Part shown: positions 22,005 to 32,654 of the stretch, piece by piece
How the letters are laid out: each line of letters begins with the position of its first letter
Numbering within the stretch: the first letter of the stretch is position 1
Origin: Alphaproteobacteria bacterium
Lineage (GTDB): Bacteria > Pseudomonadota > Alphaproteobacteria > MPNO01
DNA: 64,000 bases
Assembly: GCA_965202905.1 (NCBI GenBank)
Contig: OZ241868.1
Location: forward strand, 900,879-964,878
Direction: 5' to 3'
The notes under the pieces: generated by a model
Seen by the model: the letters and a program-made list of their open reading frames with translations, nothing else
Database searches by the model: none
What the model was told of the DNA's origin: nothing
Translations under genes and position numbers: made by a program

Positions 22005-23081
22005 CTATGCCGGCCGATAGGTCTCGACCAGATCCGGGCCGAGGGATCGGATCGAAATCTTGGCGAAGTCCTTCGCCGCGTCAAGCGTATCGACCCCCAG
22101 CGCCTCGACCGCCTCGCGCCCATCCCCGCCGATCAGGCGCGGCGCGCGGTACCAGATCAGCCGGTCGATCAGCCCCGCGCGCAGCAGCGATGCCGCGATC
22201 CCGGCGCCCCCTTCGACGAGGACCGAGGTGATCCCCTCCCCGCCGAGCGCCGTCAGCGCCGCCGCCGGATCGATGCGTCCGTCCTCCTGCGCGACAACTG
22301 GAAGGAATTTGACCCCGCTGCTGTCGTAATCCCGCCGGCGCCGGGCCTCCCGTGCGCGCGGCAGGATCAGCCAGGTCGGCGTCGCCGATGCGGTTGCGAT
22401 CAGATCGTGCGTCCGCGGCAGGGCGGCCGCGCCGTCGACCAGCACGCGGACCGGGCTCGCGTCCTCCAGCCCGGAGAGGCGACAGGTGAGTGCGGGGTCG
22501 TCCAGCAGCGCGGTGCGTGCGCCGATGAGGATCGCGTCGTGACGTGCGCGCAGAAGGTGAACCGATCGACGGGCGGTCTCTCCGGTGATCCACCGGCTCT
22601 CGCCGGTCCGGGTCGCAATTCGCGAGTCCAGCGTGGAGGCCAGCTTCAGGCTCACCAGCGGACGGCCGCGCGCGGTGCGCGACCGGAACCCGTCCAGGAC
22701 TCCTTCCGCCTCGCCGGCACACAGCCCGGTCTCGACGGCGACACCCGCAGCCCGCAGCTTGGCGAAGCCGCCGCCGTCGACCCGCGGGTCCGGATCGGAA
22801 ATCGCGGCGACCACGCGGGCGACGCCCGCCGCCGCCAGCGCGTCGGCGCATGGCGGGGTCTTGCCGTAATGGGCACAGGGCTCCAGGCTCACATAGGCCG
22901 TTGCGCCGGCGGCCCGGCCGCCGGCGCGCCGCAGCGCCACGGCCTCGGCATGCGGCCGCCCGCCGTCGGCCGTATGGCCGCGGCCGACGACTTCGCCGTC
23001 GGCGACGATGACGCACCCCACCGCCGGGTTGGGCCAGGCGCGGCCGAGCGCGCGGCGGGCCAACGCGATCGCCACGCGCAT
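22005..23081 (-). CDS. ribD: Bifunctional diaminohydroxyphosphoribosylaminopyrimidine deaminase / 5-amino-6-(5-phosphoribosylamino)uracil reductase
   Basis: HAE ... PCxxC deaminase motifs (RPHAEAVAL ... EPCAHYGKTPPC) and a C-terminal reductase domain. Start at MRVAIAL (ATG 23081). Confidence 0.9.
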   Translation of the reverse strand: MRVAIALARRALGRAWPNPAVGCVIVADGEVVGRGHTADGGRPHAEAVALRRAGGRAAGATAYVSLEPCAHYGKTPPCADALAAAGVARVVAAISDPDPRVDGGGFAKLRAAGVAVETGLCAGEAEGVLDGFRSRTARGRPLVSLKLASTLDSRIATRTGESRWITGETARRSVHLLRARHDAILIGARTALLDDPALTCRLSGLEDASPVRVLVDGAAALPRTHDLIATASATPTWLILPRAREARRRRDYDSSGVKFLPVVAQEDGRIDPAAALTALGGEGITSVLVEGGAGIAASLLRAGLIDRLIWYRAPRLIGGDGREAVEALGVDTLDAAKDFAKISIRSLGPDLVETYRPA

Positions 23082-23091
23082 ATGGTTCCGG

Positions 23092-23556
23092 TCATTCGTT
23101 GGCGCCGGCGCCACTCAACGTCCCGACAAAGTGCTCGAAATCGCGCGCTTCCCGGAAGTTGCGGTAGACCGAGGCGAAACGGACATAGGCGACCTGATCG
23201 AGGCCGGCGAGCGCATCCATGATCAACTCGCCGACGGCGCTGGACTCGATTTCGGTCTCGCCGGCGCTTTCCAGTCGGCGAATGATCCCGTTGATGACCC
23301 GCTCGACCCGCTCGGCCTCGACCGGCCGCTTGCGCAGCGCGATCTTCATCGACCGGGCGAGCTTTTCGCGGTCGAGCGGCTCGCGCGCGCCGCCCTTTTT
23401 GATCACCGTCAGCTCGCGTAGCTGGACCCGCTCGAAGGTGGTGAACCGCTGCGAGCAGGCCATGCAGACGCGGCGGCGGCGGATCGCGGAATTGTCTTCC
23501 GTCGGGCGCGAGTCCCTGACCTGTGTATCGTCGGATCCGCAGAACGGACAACGCAT
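23092..23556 (-). CDS. nrdR: Transcriptional repressor NrdR
   Basis: [18 protein letters not shown] ... zinc ribbon plus ATP-cone. Heads the rib operon as in many bacteria. Confidence 0.9.
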   Translation of the reverse strand: MRCPFCGSDDTQVRDSRPTEDNSAIRRRRVCMACSQRFTTFERVQLRELTVIKKGGAREPLDREKLARSMKIALRKRPVEAERVERVINGIIRRLESAGETEIESSAVGELIMDALAGLDQVAYVRFASVYRNFREARDFEHFVGTLSGAGANE

Positions 23557-23632
23557 TCGCGCGCCTCATCCCTTATTGCGTCGACCGACGCCAACGCGCT
23601 GGCGGCCCGGAGGAAACGCCCGCGGCGACCGG

Positions 23633-24945
23633 TCATGCATCGGGGTATATCGGAAACCGTTGGCAGAGCGCCAGTACCCGTGTGCGTACCGAAGCCTCCA
23701 CCGCGCCGATCTCCCGGTCGGCGCCGGCAAGCCCATCGACGACCTCGCAGATCAGTGCGCCGACCTGCTCGAATTCCGCGATGCCGAACCCGCGGGTCGT
23801 CGCCGCGGGAGAGCCCAGGCGAACGCCCGAGGTGATCATCGGCTTCTCGGGGTCGAACGGAACGCCGTTCTTGTTGCAGGTGATGCCGGCGCGCTCCAGG
23901 CTCTGCTCGGTGAGCTTGCCGGTCAGCCCCTTGGGCCGGAGATCGACCAGCATCAGGTGAGTGTCGGTCCCGCCCGAAACGATGTCGAGCCCGCTCGCGG
24001 CCAGCCGCGCGGCGAGCGCCCTGGCGTTGGCGACCACGGCAGCCGAATAGGCCGCGAACTCCGGACGGAGCGCCTCGCCAAGCGCCACGGCCTTGGCGGC
24101 GATGATGTGCATCAGCGGCCCGCCCTGGGTGCCGGGAAAGATCGAGGAGTTCACCTTCCTGGCGATGTCCGCATCATTGGTGAGGATCATCCCGCCGCGC
24201 GGTCCGCGCAGGGTCTTGTGGGTTGTCGTGGCGACGACATGGGCGTGCGGCAGCGGGCTGGGGTGGACGCCGCCGGCCACGAGACCGGCGAAATGAGCCA
24301 TGTCGACGAAGAGGTAGGCGTCAACCGCATCGGCAATCGTCCGGAACCGCGCGAAGTCGATCACCCGCGGGTAGGCCGAGCCGCCGGCGATGATCACGCG
24401 CGGCCGGTGCTCGCGGGCCAGTCGCTCGACCTCGTCGTAGTCGATCAGCGCATCTTCGCGGCGAACGCCGTACTGGACGGCATGGAACCACTTGCCCGAT
24501 TGGTTGGGCGGCGCGCCATGGGTCAGATGACCGCCGGCGGCCAGCGACAGACCGAGAATCGTATCGCCCGGCTGGCAGAGCGCAAAATAGACCGCGTTGT
24601 TCGCCTGGGCGCCCGAATGCGGCTGCACGTTGGCGTAGGCGCAGGAGAACAGCGTCTTGGCGCGCTCACGCGCGAGCTCTTCAGCGATGTCGACGAACTC
24701 GCAGCCGCCGTAATAGCGCCGCCCGGGATAGCCTTCGGCGTATTTGTTGGTCAGCACCGAGCCGGCGGCCTGGAGAACCGCGCGCGAGACGATGTTCTCC
24801 GAGGCGATGAGCTCGATCTGGTCCTGCTGCCGCACGAGCTCGGACCGCATTGCGGCGTGCAGCTCGGGATCGCTGTCTTCGAGCGCCGCGGTGAAGAATC
24901 CGCCGAGCGATTCGGGGTCGGCGCCAGGCAGGTTCAAAGCCATGA
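23633..24945 (-). CDS. glyA: Serine hydroxymethyltransferase
   Basis: [36 protein letters not shown] ... [13 protein letters not shown]. Start at MALNLPG (ATG 24945). The track ORF is over-extended. Confidence 0.92.
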
Positions 24946-24953
24946 TCTCTCCA

Positions 24954-25424
24954 CTATGAACCGGCGGCCGGGGCGAATGCGGCCTTGGCCAGCTTGTCCA
25001 GGCGCCGACGATGGCGCCCGCCTTCGAATTCGGTCTCGAGAAACGCCGCGAGGCAGGTCCTGGCGGTCTCGTCCGAGACCCGCCTTCCTGCCAGGACCAG
25101 CACGTTGGCGTCGTTGTGCCGACGGGCAAGCCGCGCCCCCTCGGCATCATGGACCAGCGCGGCGCGAATGCCCGGGTGGCGGTTCGCGGCGATCGACATG
25201 CCGACGCCGCTGCCGCAAATCAGCACCCCCCGCTCGGAGATCCCGGCGGAGAGCCTGGCGACAAGCGCGTCCGCAAAGTCGGGATAGTCGACCGGTTGCT
25301 CGTTATCGGTCCCGAGATCCAGCACGTCCAGCCCCCGCTCGGCAAGATAAGCGTAAACCGCCTGCTTGAGCGAAAAGCCGGCGTGGTCCGCAGCCAGGGA
25401 AATCGGTTTTGCAGTCATCGTCAC
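24954..25424 (-). CDS. rpiB: Ribose-5-phosphate isomerase B
   Basis: [10 protein letters not shown] ... [17 protein letters not shown], the RpiB/LacA fold. Confidence 0.85.
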   Translation of the reverse strand: MTMTAKPISLAADHAGFSLKQAVYAYLAERGLDVLDLGTDNEQPVDYPDFADALVARLSAGISERGVLICGSGVGMSIAANRHPGIRAALVHDAEGARLARRHNDANVLVLAGRRVSDETARTCLAAFLETEFEGGRHRRRLDKLAKAAFAPAAGS

Positions 25425-25860
25425 GTTGCGGGCTCGTGCGGGCTCGGCAGCGTGGGCGCTTGACTATCACAGCATCGGCGGGCATTCCACCCTGGCGTCG
25501 GCTATCCGTTACAGTGGACGGCCCGAACCACCGCAAGACCCGGGCGCAAGATCCCGGCTTGTCAAATCGTCGCAGATCCAACCGTTCCGATTATCTCGAA
25601 CACATATCCGCAGCGGTTATCCGCAGCGGTCCAACCCGGTCGTTTATGGCGGCCGCAAGACGTCGGGTTTTGCCTGCCTTTTCTGCCGTTTCCGCGGCGC
25701 CCGGGAAGATTGGCGCAAGAAAAGCCATCCCCTGTAACTCAGAAAAATGTTGCGCGTTGCACAATTTCTCGCGTTAAGTTGCCGGTGTAACAGAATTTGA
25801 CATCTATAGCTGTGCGTGCTACGCCTCCCAACTCTATCCGACAAGAGGGCAAACCATCAA

Positions 25861-26307
25861 ATGGTGGAAGAAGGAACAACTGTGATCGATCGGACTGAAA
25901 TGCTCCGCATGGCAGCCGATATCGTGGCCGCGTATGTAAGTAATAACACCGTGCCGGCAAATCAGGTGCCGGAAATCATCAGCGCCGTCTTTAATTCTCT
26001 GATCGGCGTCGACGGCGCCAGACCCGAACAGGCGGCGGAACCTGCGAAGCCGGCCGTGAGCATTCGGCGCTCGGTTACTCCGGACTATATCGTGTGTCTC
26101 GAGGACGGCAAAAAGCTCAAGATGCTGAAACGGCACCTGAGAGCCGCCTACGACATGACTCCCGATGAATATCGGGCCAAATGGAACCTGCCTGCGGACT
26201 ATCCGATGGTAGCGCCGAACTACGCCGCACAACGCTCGGCCTTCGCCAAGAAGATCGGGCTCGGCCGCAAGAAGGGGCAGAAGCCGCGCCGCACGCGACG
26301 CGCCTGA
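25861..26307 (+). CDS. mucR: MucR/Ros family zinc-finger transcriptional regulator
   Basis: IVAAYVSNN ... SVTPDYIVCLEDGKKLKMLKRHLRAAYDMTPDEYRAKWNLPADYPMVAPNYAAQRS is the Ros/MucR signature. Confidence 0.85.
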   Translation: MVEEGTTVIDRTEMLRMAADIVAAYVSNNTVPANQVPEIISAVFNSLIGVDGARPEQAAEPAKPAVSIRRSVTPDYIVCLEDGKKLKMLKRHLRAAYDMTPDEYRAKWNLPADYPMVAPNYAAQRSAFAKKIGLGRKKGQKPRRTRRA

Positions 26308-26400
26308 TCGGACCCGCAAACGGAATCGCGCGCGCCGGTTTCGAGGCGCGCGATTTTGATTCGGCAAAGCGCGCGCGGGCGGGACGATTCCCCGCGCGCG

Positions 26401-27000
26401 TCAGCGGCAGTCGAGGATCGCCTGGCGCAGCGCCGCGTAGTCCTCGACCGGCGGAAGATCCGGGAACTCGTCGCGTACGGCCTGGGGCGCCCGAAACAGA
26501 ATGCCGACATGCGCCGCGCCCAGCATGGCGGTATCGTTGTAGGAATCGCCCACCGCGGTGACGTGGAAATTGAGCGCCTGGAAAGCCTGCACGCTCGCGC
26601 GCTTGTGATCGGCATGGCGCAAATTGTATTCGGTGATCGCGCCGTCCCCGGCGATTGTGAGGCTGTGGCAGAACAGCGTCGGCCAGCCGAGGACGCGCAT
26701 CAACGGCCGGGCGAACTCCTCGAACGTATCGGAAAGGATCACCACCGGCCCCTGCTCGCGGAGCCAGTCGAGGAAATCCGCCGCGCCGGGCAGCGGCGCC
26801 ATGTCGGCGACGACCGCGGCGATGTCGTCCATCCCCAGCCCGTTGTCGTCCAACAGACGCAGCCGCTGGCGCATCAGCGCGTCGTAATCGGGGATGTCGC
26901 GGGTGGTCGCGCGCAGCGCCTCGATGCCGGTACGCTCGGCAAGGCCGATCCAGACTTCCGGGATCAGTACGCCTTCGAGATCGAGACAGAACAAGCGCAC
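26401..27000 (-). CDS. thrH: HAD-family bifunctional phosphoserine phosphatase / homoserine phosphotransferase ThrH-like
   Basis: MRLFCLDLEGVLIPE ... SDTFEEF ... GDSYNDTAML. ThrH-like sequence and length. Confidence 0.65.
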   Translation of the reverse strand: MRLFCLDLEGVLIPEVWIGLAERTGIEALRATTRDIPDYDALMRQRLRLLDDNGLGMDDIAAVVADMAPLPGAADFLDWLREQGPVVILSDTFEEFARPLMRVLGWPTLFCHSLTIAGDGAITEYNLRHADHKRASVQAFQALNFHVTAVGDSYNDTAMLGAAHVGILFRAPQAVRDEFPDLPPVEDYAALRQAILDCR

Positions 27001-27029
27001 GCGAAATCTACACCGTTCCCGGGGCCGCC

Positions 27030-28661
27030 TCAGACATCGGCCGGCGCCAGCGGTTCGCGGCCGCGGACCAGATCGGCCGCCTTCTCGGCGATCATGATCA
27101 CCGGGGCGTTGATGTTACCGCCCACGAGGTCGGGAAAGACCGAGGCGTCGACCACCCGCAACCCGTCGATCCCGCGCACTCTCAACTCGGGGTCGACGAC
27201 GGCCATGTCGTCACTGCCCATCTTGCAGGTCCCGGCCGGATGGTGCGCCGTCGCCGAGGTCGAGCGGATATAGGCGTCGATCCCCGCGTCGGAGGTCACG
27301 TCCGCGCCGGGATCGGTTTCGGCGACGCCGAAGCGCTTCAACTCCTCGGTTTCACCCACCTCGCGCACGCGCTTGAACCCCTCGCGGAGGATCTCGACAT
27401 CGGCGTGCTCGGACAGGAAATTCTGGAAGATACGGACCTTCTTGCGCGGATCGGCGGAGGCGAGCCTCACCTCGCCCCGGCTCTGCGGGCGCAGCAGCAC
27501 CGGACGGCACCCGAACCCGTCGGGCCAGGCGCGCCTGTATCCGGGGAACCAGGGATAGGTTTCCACCGGCAGGTCGCGGAACAGGAACTGAATGTCGGGA
27601 AGGTCCGCCTCGGGCCGGCTCTTGACGAAGGCCATCACGCCCGCGGGCAGGTCGGTCGCGGGTCCGCTGCCGGCGAGGTAGGCCCGCGGGAGGTCCATCG
27701 CAATCTGGTCGGCCCGCATTTGGGTGCGGAAGACGCCGGCTTTCTCGCGGCTGTAGTTGACGATCGCCGACAGATGGTCCTGCAGGTTCTTGCCGACGCC
27801 GGGCAGCTCGTGGACGGTCTCGATGCCGTGCTCGCCGAGCTCGTCGGGCTTGCCGATGCCCGACAGCATCAGCACCTGCGGGGAGTTGATCACCCCACCG
27901 GACAGCAGGATCTCGCGCCCGGCCCGAACCTTGTGCGGTTGCCCGTTCCGCTCGTATTCGAGCCCCGTCGCACGGCCGTTCTCGATCAACAGCCTGGTGG
28001 CGAGCGCCTTGGTGTGCAGCGTTACGTTGGGGCGACCCAGCACCGGCTTGAGATAGGCGACCGCGGCGCTGCAGCGTTTGCCGTTGCGGATGGTTTGCTG
28101 GATCCGGCAGAAGCCCTCCTGCTCGGCGCCGTTGTAGTCCTCGGTGTATTTGTGGCCGATCGCCCTGGCGCCCTCGACATAGGCATCGACGAAGTCGTCG
28201 TTATAGGTACCGGTTCGCACGGTCAGCGGGCCGCCGCCGCCGCGGTGCTCGTCCGGACCGCCCTCCCAGCTCTCGGCCTTGCGGAAATAGGGCAGCACGT
28301 CGGCATAGGACCAGCCCGGGCAGCCCTTTTGGCGCCACCGGTCGTAATCGCCCCGGTGGCCGCGTACATAGGCCATGGCGTTGATCGAAGACGAGCCCCC
28401 GATGATCCGCCCGCGGGCGCATTCGATGCTGCGATTGTCGAGGTTGGGTTCGGGTTCGGAGAAATACATCCAGTCGTGGCGGCGCTCTGCGAGCAGCACG
28501 CCCCAGCCGAGCGGGATATGAATCATCGGATCGCGATCCCAGCCGCCAGCCTCGACCACCAGCACCTGGACGTCGGCGTCCTCGCTCAGCCGGTTGGCCA
28601 GCACGCAGCCCGCCGAACCGGCGCCGATGACGACATAGTCGTAGCTGCTCCGGTCGGCCAT
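27030..28661 (-). CDS. GMC-family FAD oxidoreductase (choline dehydrogenase-like)
   Basis: YDYVVIGAGSAGCVLANRLSED (Rossmann), GGSSSINAMAY, and the C-terminal HPAGTCKMG GMC signature. Confidence 0.85.
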   Translation of the reverse strand: MADRSSYDYVVIGAGSAGCVLANRLSEDADVQVLVVEAGGWDRDPMIHIPLGWGVLLAERRHDWMYFSEPEPNLDNRSIECARGRIIGGSSSINAMAYVRGHRGDYDRWRQKGCPGWSYADVLPYFRKAESWEGGPDEHRGGGGPLTVRTGTYNDDFVDAYVEGARAIGHKYTEDYNGAEQEGFCRIQQTIRNGKRCSAAVAYLKPVLGRPNVTLHTKALATRLLIENGRATGLEYERNGQPHKVRAGREILLSGGVINSPQVLMLSGIGKPDELGEHGIETVHELPGVGKNLQDHLSAIVNYSREKAGVFRTQMRADQIAMDLPRAYLAGSGPATDLPAGVMAFVKSRPEADLPDIQFLFRDLPVETYPWFPGYRRAWPDGFGCRPVLLRPQSRGEVRLASADPRKKVRIFQNFLSEHADVEILREGFKRVREVGETEELKRFGVAETDPGADVTSDAGIDAYIRSTSATAHHPAGTCKMGSDDMAVVDPELRVRGIDGLRVVDASVFPDLVGGNINAPVIMIAEKAADLVRGREPLAPADV

Positions 28662-28829
28662 GACCCCGCCCCGCCTCGATCGCATTTGCCCAAGCATAGC
28701 AGAGCGGCCGGTCTGGCGCTATCCGGCCGCGCCCGCGCGGCAAACCGTCGCCCTGCGGACATGCGGGATGCCGGGCGATGCACGCGCGGCCTGTCTGCCG
28801 GGATCGTCCGGTCGGGCGGCAACGGTCTC

Positions 28830-29456
28830 CTACGCACCGTTGCCGGCAAGCCACGCCAGGCACTCGGCGCGCAGCGCCTCTTCCTCGGGGCTGTAGACGA
28901 CGATTGTCGGGGTCGAGGGCACACCGGTCTTCGATTGGCGGAAGCATAGAAAGCGCATCTCCGGCGGGAAGGACGACAGGTCCATGTCCTCGTAGAAGCG
29001 CGCCGGCACCGAGTGCGGCGCGACCGGGTCCATCCGGTCCTTCTCGTAGACCCCGGTCCGTCGGAACAAGCGCCAGACGCCGGCGCGCCGCTCCAGGAGA
29101 TCGAAGAACCTGAACAGCGAGGTGAAGTCGAACTCGTGGCCGTCGATGCGCGCGCGGGCATAGAGCGTCACATGGCAGCGGCTGAAGGCGCGCTCGCCGT
29201 CGATGAGGATCAGCGGCCCGGCGAAGGCATGCTTGACGTGCGCGCCCGGCGGCCGTCGCTCGGCCATCGCCTTCGAGCCGGCCAGGAAGTCGGCAGCCGG
29301 CCCTGACATCCAGGAGATGCTGATCCTCGCATCGTCGTGGAAGCACGCCGCCAGCGTCTCCCAGTCATCGGCGTCTCGTGCATGTCCCCAGCGCATCAGT
29401 AGATTGGCGATCTCATACTCATCCAGCATCGCTTGCCGAGGCGCCGCGTCCGTCAT
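28830..29456 (-). CDS. NTF2-like / SnoaL-like domain protein
   Basis: About 208 aa with an RBS (GAGAGGG) before ATG 29456. LLMRWGHARDADDWETLAACFHDDARI is typical of the SnoaL_4/NTF2 fold. Confidence 0.5.
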   Translation of the reverse strand: MTDAAPRQAMLDEYEIANLLMRWGHARDADDWETLAACFHDDARISISWMSGPAADFLAGSKAMAERRPPGAHVKHAFAGPLILIDGERAFSRCHVTLYARARIDGHEFDFTSLFRFFDLLERRAGVWRLFRRTGVYEKDRMDPVAPHSVPARFYEDMDLSSFPPEMRFLCFRQSKTGVPSTPTIVVYSPEEEALRAECLAWLAGNGA

Positions 29457-29706
29457 AGACCCTCTCTCGATTGCGCCGTCCGACGGCAACCATGCGGCAA
29501 TCATACAGCGTCGTCCCGACACGCGCAGCGCGTAAGAGCGGTGTCTTGGCCGATCGAAACGCTGTAGAGATCCCGGGCCGGACGGGCGGCCGAACGCTTG
29601 AAGCCTCCGGTCTTGAAACCGAACCCGGTTCGTTCTGAAAACACTATTTTCCAAGGGTTTCCGGGAAAAGGCTAAAGCGGCCGTTCGCCAGCGGACAGCC
29701 TCCGTT

Positions 29707-30240
29707 TTGCGAGGCCGTACATCGCCATGCGTTGCATGGTCGGGCCTGCGATCGACCGACGCACCGAGCGACGGGAAGCTTCACTGGATTCTTCGGCGAA
29801 ACAGGAACCGACGGGCGGACAGTCCCGGTTTACGGACGGCAACAACGCTACGGCAAGGAATTCAGGCGGGCGCACGGATCGTCGTGCAGGGCATGACTGG
29901 TCGCGAGGGCCGGTTGCGCGCCAACCTGATGATCCAGGCCGGCGCCGTGATCACCGCGGCGGTGACGCCGGGGCGCGATGGCGAACGGGTGCTGGACGTT
30001 CCGGTCTTCGACACCGTGGCGGCGGCAAAGCGGCGACATCCGGAGATAAACGCAAGCCTGGTCGTCGTCCCACCGGCCGCTGCGCGTGACGCCGCGCTGG
30101 AGGCGATTGCCGCGGACATCGAACTCGTCCGCCTGATGCCCGAGCGTCTGCCGCAACAAGACGCGATGGAAATCATCGCTCACGCCCGCGCGCGCCACGA
30201 TCGTGATCTGGCCCGACTCGTGATCTGGCCCGACTCGTGA
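29707..30240 (+). pseudogene. Truncated succinyl-CoA synthetase-alpha-like CoA-binding domain fragment
   Basis: ARIVVQGMTGREGR ... VTPGRDGERVLDVPVFDTVAAAK ... SLVVVPPAAARDAALEAIAADIEL aligns to the SucD N-terminal CoA-binding domain. No ligase domain follows. The frame ends inside the tandem repeat. Confidence 0.5.
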
Positions 30241-30296
30241 TCTGGCCCGACTCGTGATCTGGCCCGACTCGTGATCTGGCCCGACTCGTGATCTGG
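30201..30296. repeat. 17-bp tandem repeat, about 5.7 copies (unit GATCTGGCCCGACTCGT)
   Basis: Five perfect copies are directly visible from 30205 to 30289, plus partial flanking copies. The unit length is not a multiple of 3. Confidence 0.95.
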
Positions 30297-30329
30297 GAAG
30301 TCGCCGCGCGGACCGCCCTGGATCCCGAG

Positions 30330-30850
30330 TTCATAAGCCCGTCGACGGCGATCATCGCCGCCCTGCCCCGGGCCGCCGGGTGAAGCCGCGATCCTCGAAG
30401 CACTGCTGGAGGGGCTGCAACTCAACCAGCTCAAGATCTATGACGGGGGAGTGCTCAACGAGGGGCTCGATCGGGTGATCAGCGACAATATCCGCTTCCC
30501 CGAATCCTCGATGGGCGATCTGCCGGCGCAGGTCGCCGCCTGCCGGCTGGCGACGCGCCGACTCGACGAGCTCTGCTGGAGAAGTACGGCCCAGCCACGG
30601 TGCGCGGCGCGCTGTGGCCCATCACGGTCTGCTCGGCGGCGCGGTGGTGTTCTTCGGCCGCCACCCCGATACCGGGCGCAACTTCGTCGTCCAGAGCATC
30701 GAGGGCGGCGGCTGGGGCGATCCGCTGGACCGCGGACCCGCAAAGGGTGTCGGCAGAAACGTCTCGGAGGGCTATCTCTCGCTCGACGCGAAGATGCTGG
30801 ATGTCGATGTCGCGGCGACATCGGATCTGCGCCGGACGCGCCACCCCGCG
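30330..30850 (+). pseudogene. Hydantoinase B / 5-oxoprolinase (HyuB) C-terminal fragments split across frames
   Basis: Frame 1: GGVLNEGLDRVISDNIRFPESSMGDLPAQVAACRLATRRLDEL. Frame 2: SIEGGGWGDPLDRGPAKGVGRNVSEGYLS. Both resemble the conserved C-terminal region of HyuB-family proteins. No intact ORF. Confidence 0.5.
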
Positions 30851-30935
30851 CGCCACCCCGATGGATTGTTCGCGACCGGGTTTTGCGACATCATGAACCG
30901 TCGCCGTTGCGGCGCAACCGGCTGGAGCACATGCG

Positions 30936-31976
30936 ATGCGCATCGTCGATTCACATTTTCACTGGTGGCCGCGCTCGATCTTCGAGCAGCTGTGCAGGAC
31001 CAGCACATACCCGCGCGCCGAGGTCAATGACATCGGCGGCTATGCCTATTGGCGCCGCGAGGACAGCGCCGAGCCGCTGAACATCTGGGCCGAGTGGTTC
31101 GACCTCGACAAGCAGCTCGAGCACATGGACGGGCTCGGCCACGATGTCGATGTGGTTTGCTCGATCGGGCCTTTCTCGGTTCACTTCTCCGACATTCCCG
31201 TTGCCCGGGGCCGGGACGATGCGATGCTGTGGAACGAGGAGATGGCAGGCGCGCAGCGCAGGTTTCCCGGCCGCGTGTGGGCCAGCGCGGCCGTGCCGCT
31301 GACCGACGCCGAGGTCGCGATCGAGGTCCTCGATCATGCGATCAACGACCTCGGCCTCATGGGAGTCAACCTGCCGGGCAGCGTCGGCGGCGACCCGCGC
31401 ATCGACGCCGATCGGCTCGAGCCGTTCTACGCCCGGGTCGAGGAGCTCGGCATTCCGATGTTCCTGCACCCGACCGACGCCATCTTCCAGGATATGCTCC
31501 AGGGCTATGATGGGGCGCTGCATCTCAGTCTTGGCCGCGTCATCGAGCTCAGCGTCGCCGCGTCGCGGCTGATCTTGTCGGGAACGCTCGAACGCCATCC
31601 CGATCTGACGGTCGTGATGTCCCATACCGGCGGCGCTTTGCCCTACCAGTCCGGCCGCATGGACAAGAACGGCAAGGCGGCAAGGCTGGCCAAGCCGCCC
31701 AGCGCCTATATCCGGCAGATGTACAGCGACACCGTCTCGCCCCATATGGCGGGCATCAAGTTCGCGATCGAATATTTCGGCGTCGACCGGGTGATGTACG
31801 GCAGCGACTACCCGTGCTGGAGCCCGGCGGACGCGCTGCGGTATTTCGATGAAGTCGGGCTGCCGTCCGAGGATCGGGAGAAGATCCTCAACACCAACGC
31901 GCGGCGCATTCTCGGGCTGCGCGACCCGGCGGCGCCGGGCGTTCGGCAGGACGCGAGAGATCCCGCTTTCGTATAG
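30936..31976 (+). CDS. Amidohydrolase-2 (ACMSD-like metal-dependent hydrolase/decarboxylase) family protein
   Basis: DSHFHWW ... HP ... SHTGG ... YGSDYP metal-ligand pattern of the amidohydrolase_2 family. Confidence 0.7.
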   Translation: MRIVDSHFHWWPRSIFEQLCRTSTYPRAEVNDIGGYAYWRREDSAEPLNIWAEWFDLDKQLEHMDGLGHDVDVVCSIGPFSVHFSDIPVARGRDDAMLWNEEMAGAQRRFPGRVWASAAVPLTDAEVAIEVLDHAINDLGLMGVNLPGSVGGDPRIDADRLEPFYARVEELGIPMFLHPTDAIFQDMLQGYDGALHLSLGRVIELSVAASRLILSGTLERHPDLTVVMSHTGGALPYQSGRMDKNGKAARLAKPPSAYIRQMYSDTVSPHMAGIKFAIEYFGVDRVMYGSDYPCWSPADALRYFDEVGLPSEDREKILNTNARRILGLRDPAAPGVRQDARDPAFV

Positions 31977-32158
31977 GAAAACCGGCTCGCGAAGGAGCCT
32001 CCGCGCCTCGCACGGGCCTGGATCGAGGGTAGGCAGGCCGACGCGGCTGCGCGGGTGGACGCTGCATCGGAAACTTTATTAGAATACCGACCGCGCTCTG
32101 GGCGCCAATTCGCATATTGGCGCCCGACCCGGTTGCGGAAAGAGTGGTGTTTCAACTC

Positions 32159-32248
32159 GGATGGGTGGCCGAGCGGTTGAAGGCGCCGGTCTTGAAAACC
32201 GGCAGGCGCGCAAGCGTCTCGTGGGTTCGAATCCCACCCCATCCGCCA
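32159..32248 (+). tRNA. tRNA-Ser (anticodon UGA)
   Basis: 90-nt class II tRNA with a long variable arm. Anticodon loop CTTGAAA, GGTTCGAATCC T-loop, CCA end. Confidence 0.85.
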
Positions 32249-32271
32249 TTATCCTGTAGCGAACCCGAGAT

Positions 32272-32305
32272 AAGGCTCCTGATTGGGGCCTTTTTCTTTT
32301 TGTTT
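32272..32305 (+). terminator. Rho-independent terminator after tRNA-Ser
   Basis: AAGGCTCC-TGATT-GGGGCCTT hairpin followed by TTTTTCTTTTTGTTT. Confidence 0.6.
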
Positions 32306-32654
32306 CAAAGGCGTTTAGCAGAGGCGCCCGAACCTCCGAGACTGGCGCAGCACCGCATTTCGGCCTCTGAACCGCTTTCGTCTCAAACTGGGCGAACCTC
32401 GCCCGGCCCGGTTCGGCTTCGTGAAGTTCAAATTTTTCAACGGGTTTCGCAGGTTGCTCAACGGCGCATTCAGCAGGCATCCTTCCGGTTGGCGTGGCCG
32501 CCCAGAGAACGCGCAGCAGGCATATTCCAGGGAATGCGCGCGTAGCCCGTCGTTATGCTGGCGACTTGGGCAAGCCGCCGATCGTCCGGTCCGCCTGTCG
32601 TAGCCCCGAGCACAACCGCGCCGACGGCGGCGTAACCCGTCTTTCGTCAAGGAG

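Noticed and set aside
18194-23016. Multiple 300-430-aa ORFs overlapping thiL, nusB, ribH, ribBA, ribE and ribD on the opposite strand or in an alternate frame
   Set aside because: Each overlaps a gene with unambiguous motifs. Compositionally biased, with no domain signatures.
23219-25369. 716-aa plus-strand ORF across nrdR/glyA/rpiB
   Set aside because: Antisense to three well-supported genes. Arg/Pro-rich nonsense.
27240-29346. 569-aa and 381-aa ORFs overlapping the GMC oxidoreductase and NTF2-like genes
   Set aside because: Antisense or alternate-frame shadows. No motifs.
30173-30434. Two minus-strand ORFs translating to repetitive ITSRARSRVGPDHESGQ units
   Set aside because: They are simply the translation of the 17-bp DNA tandem repeat. 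Not a real repetitive protein.
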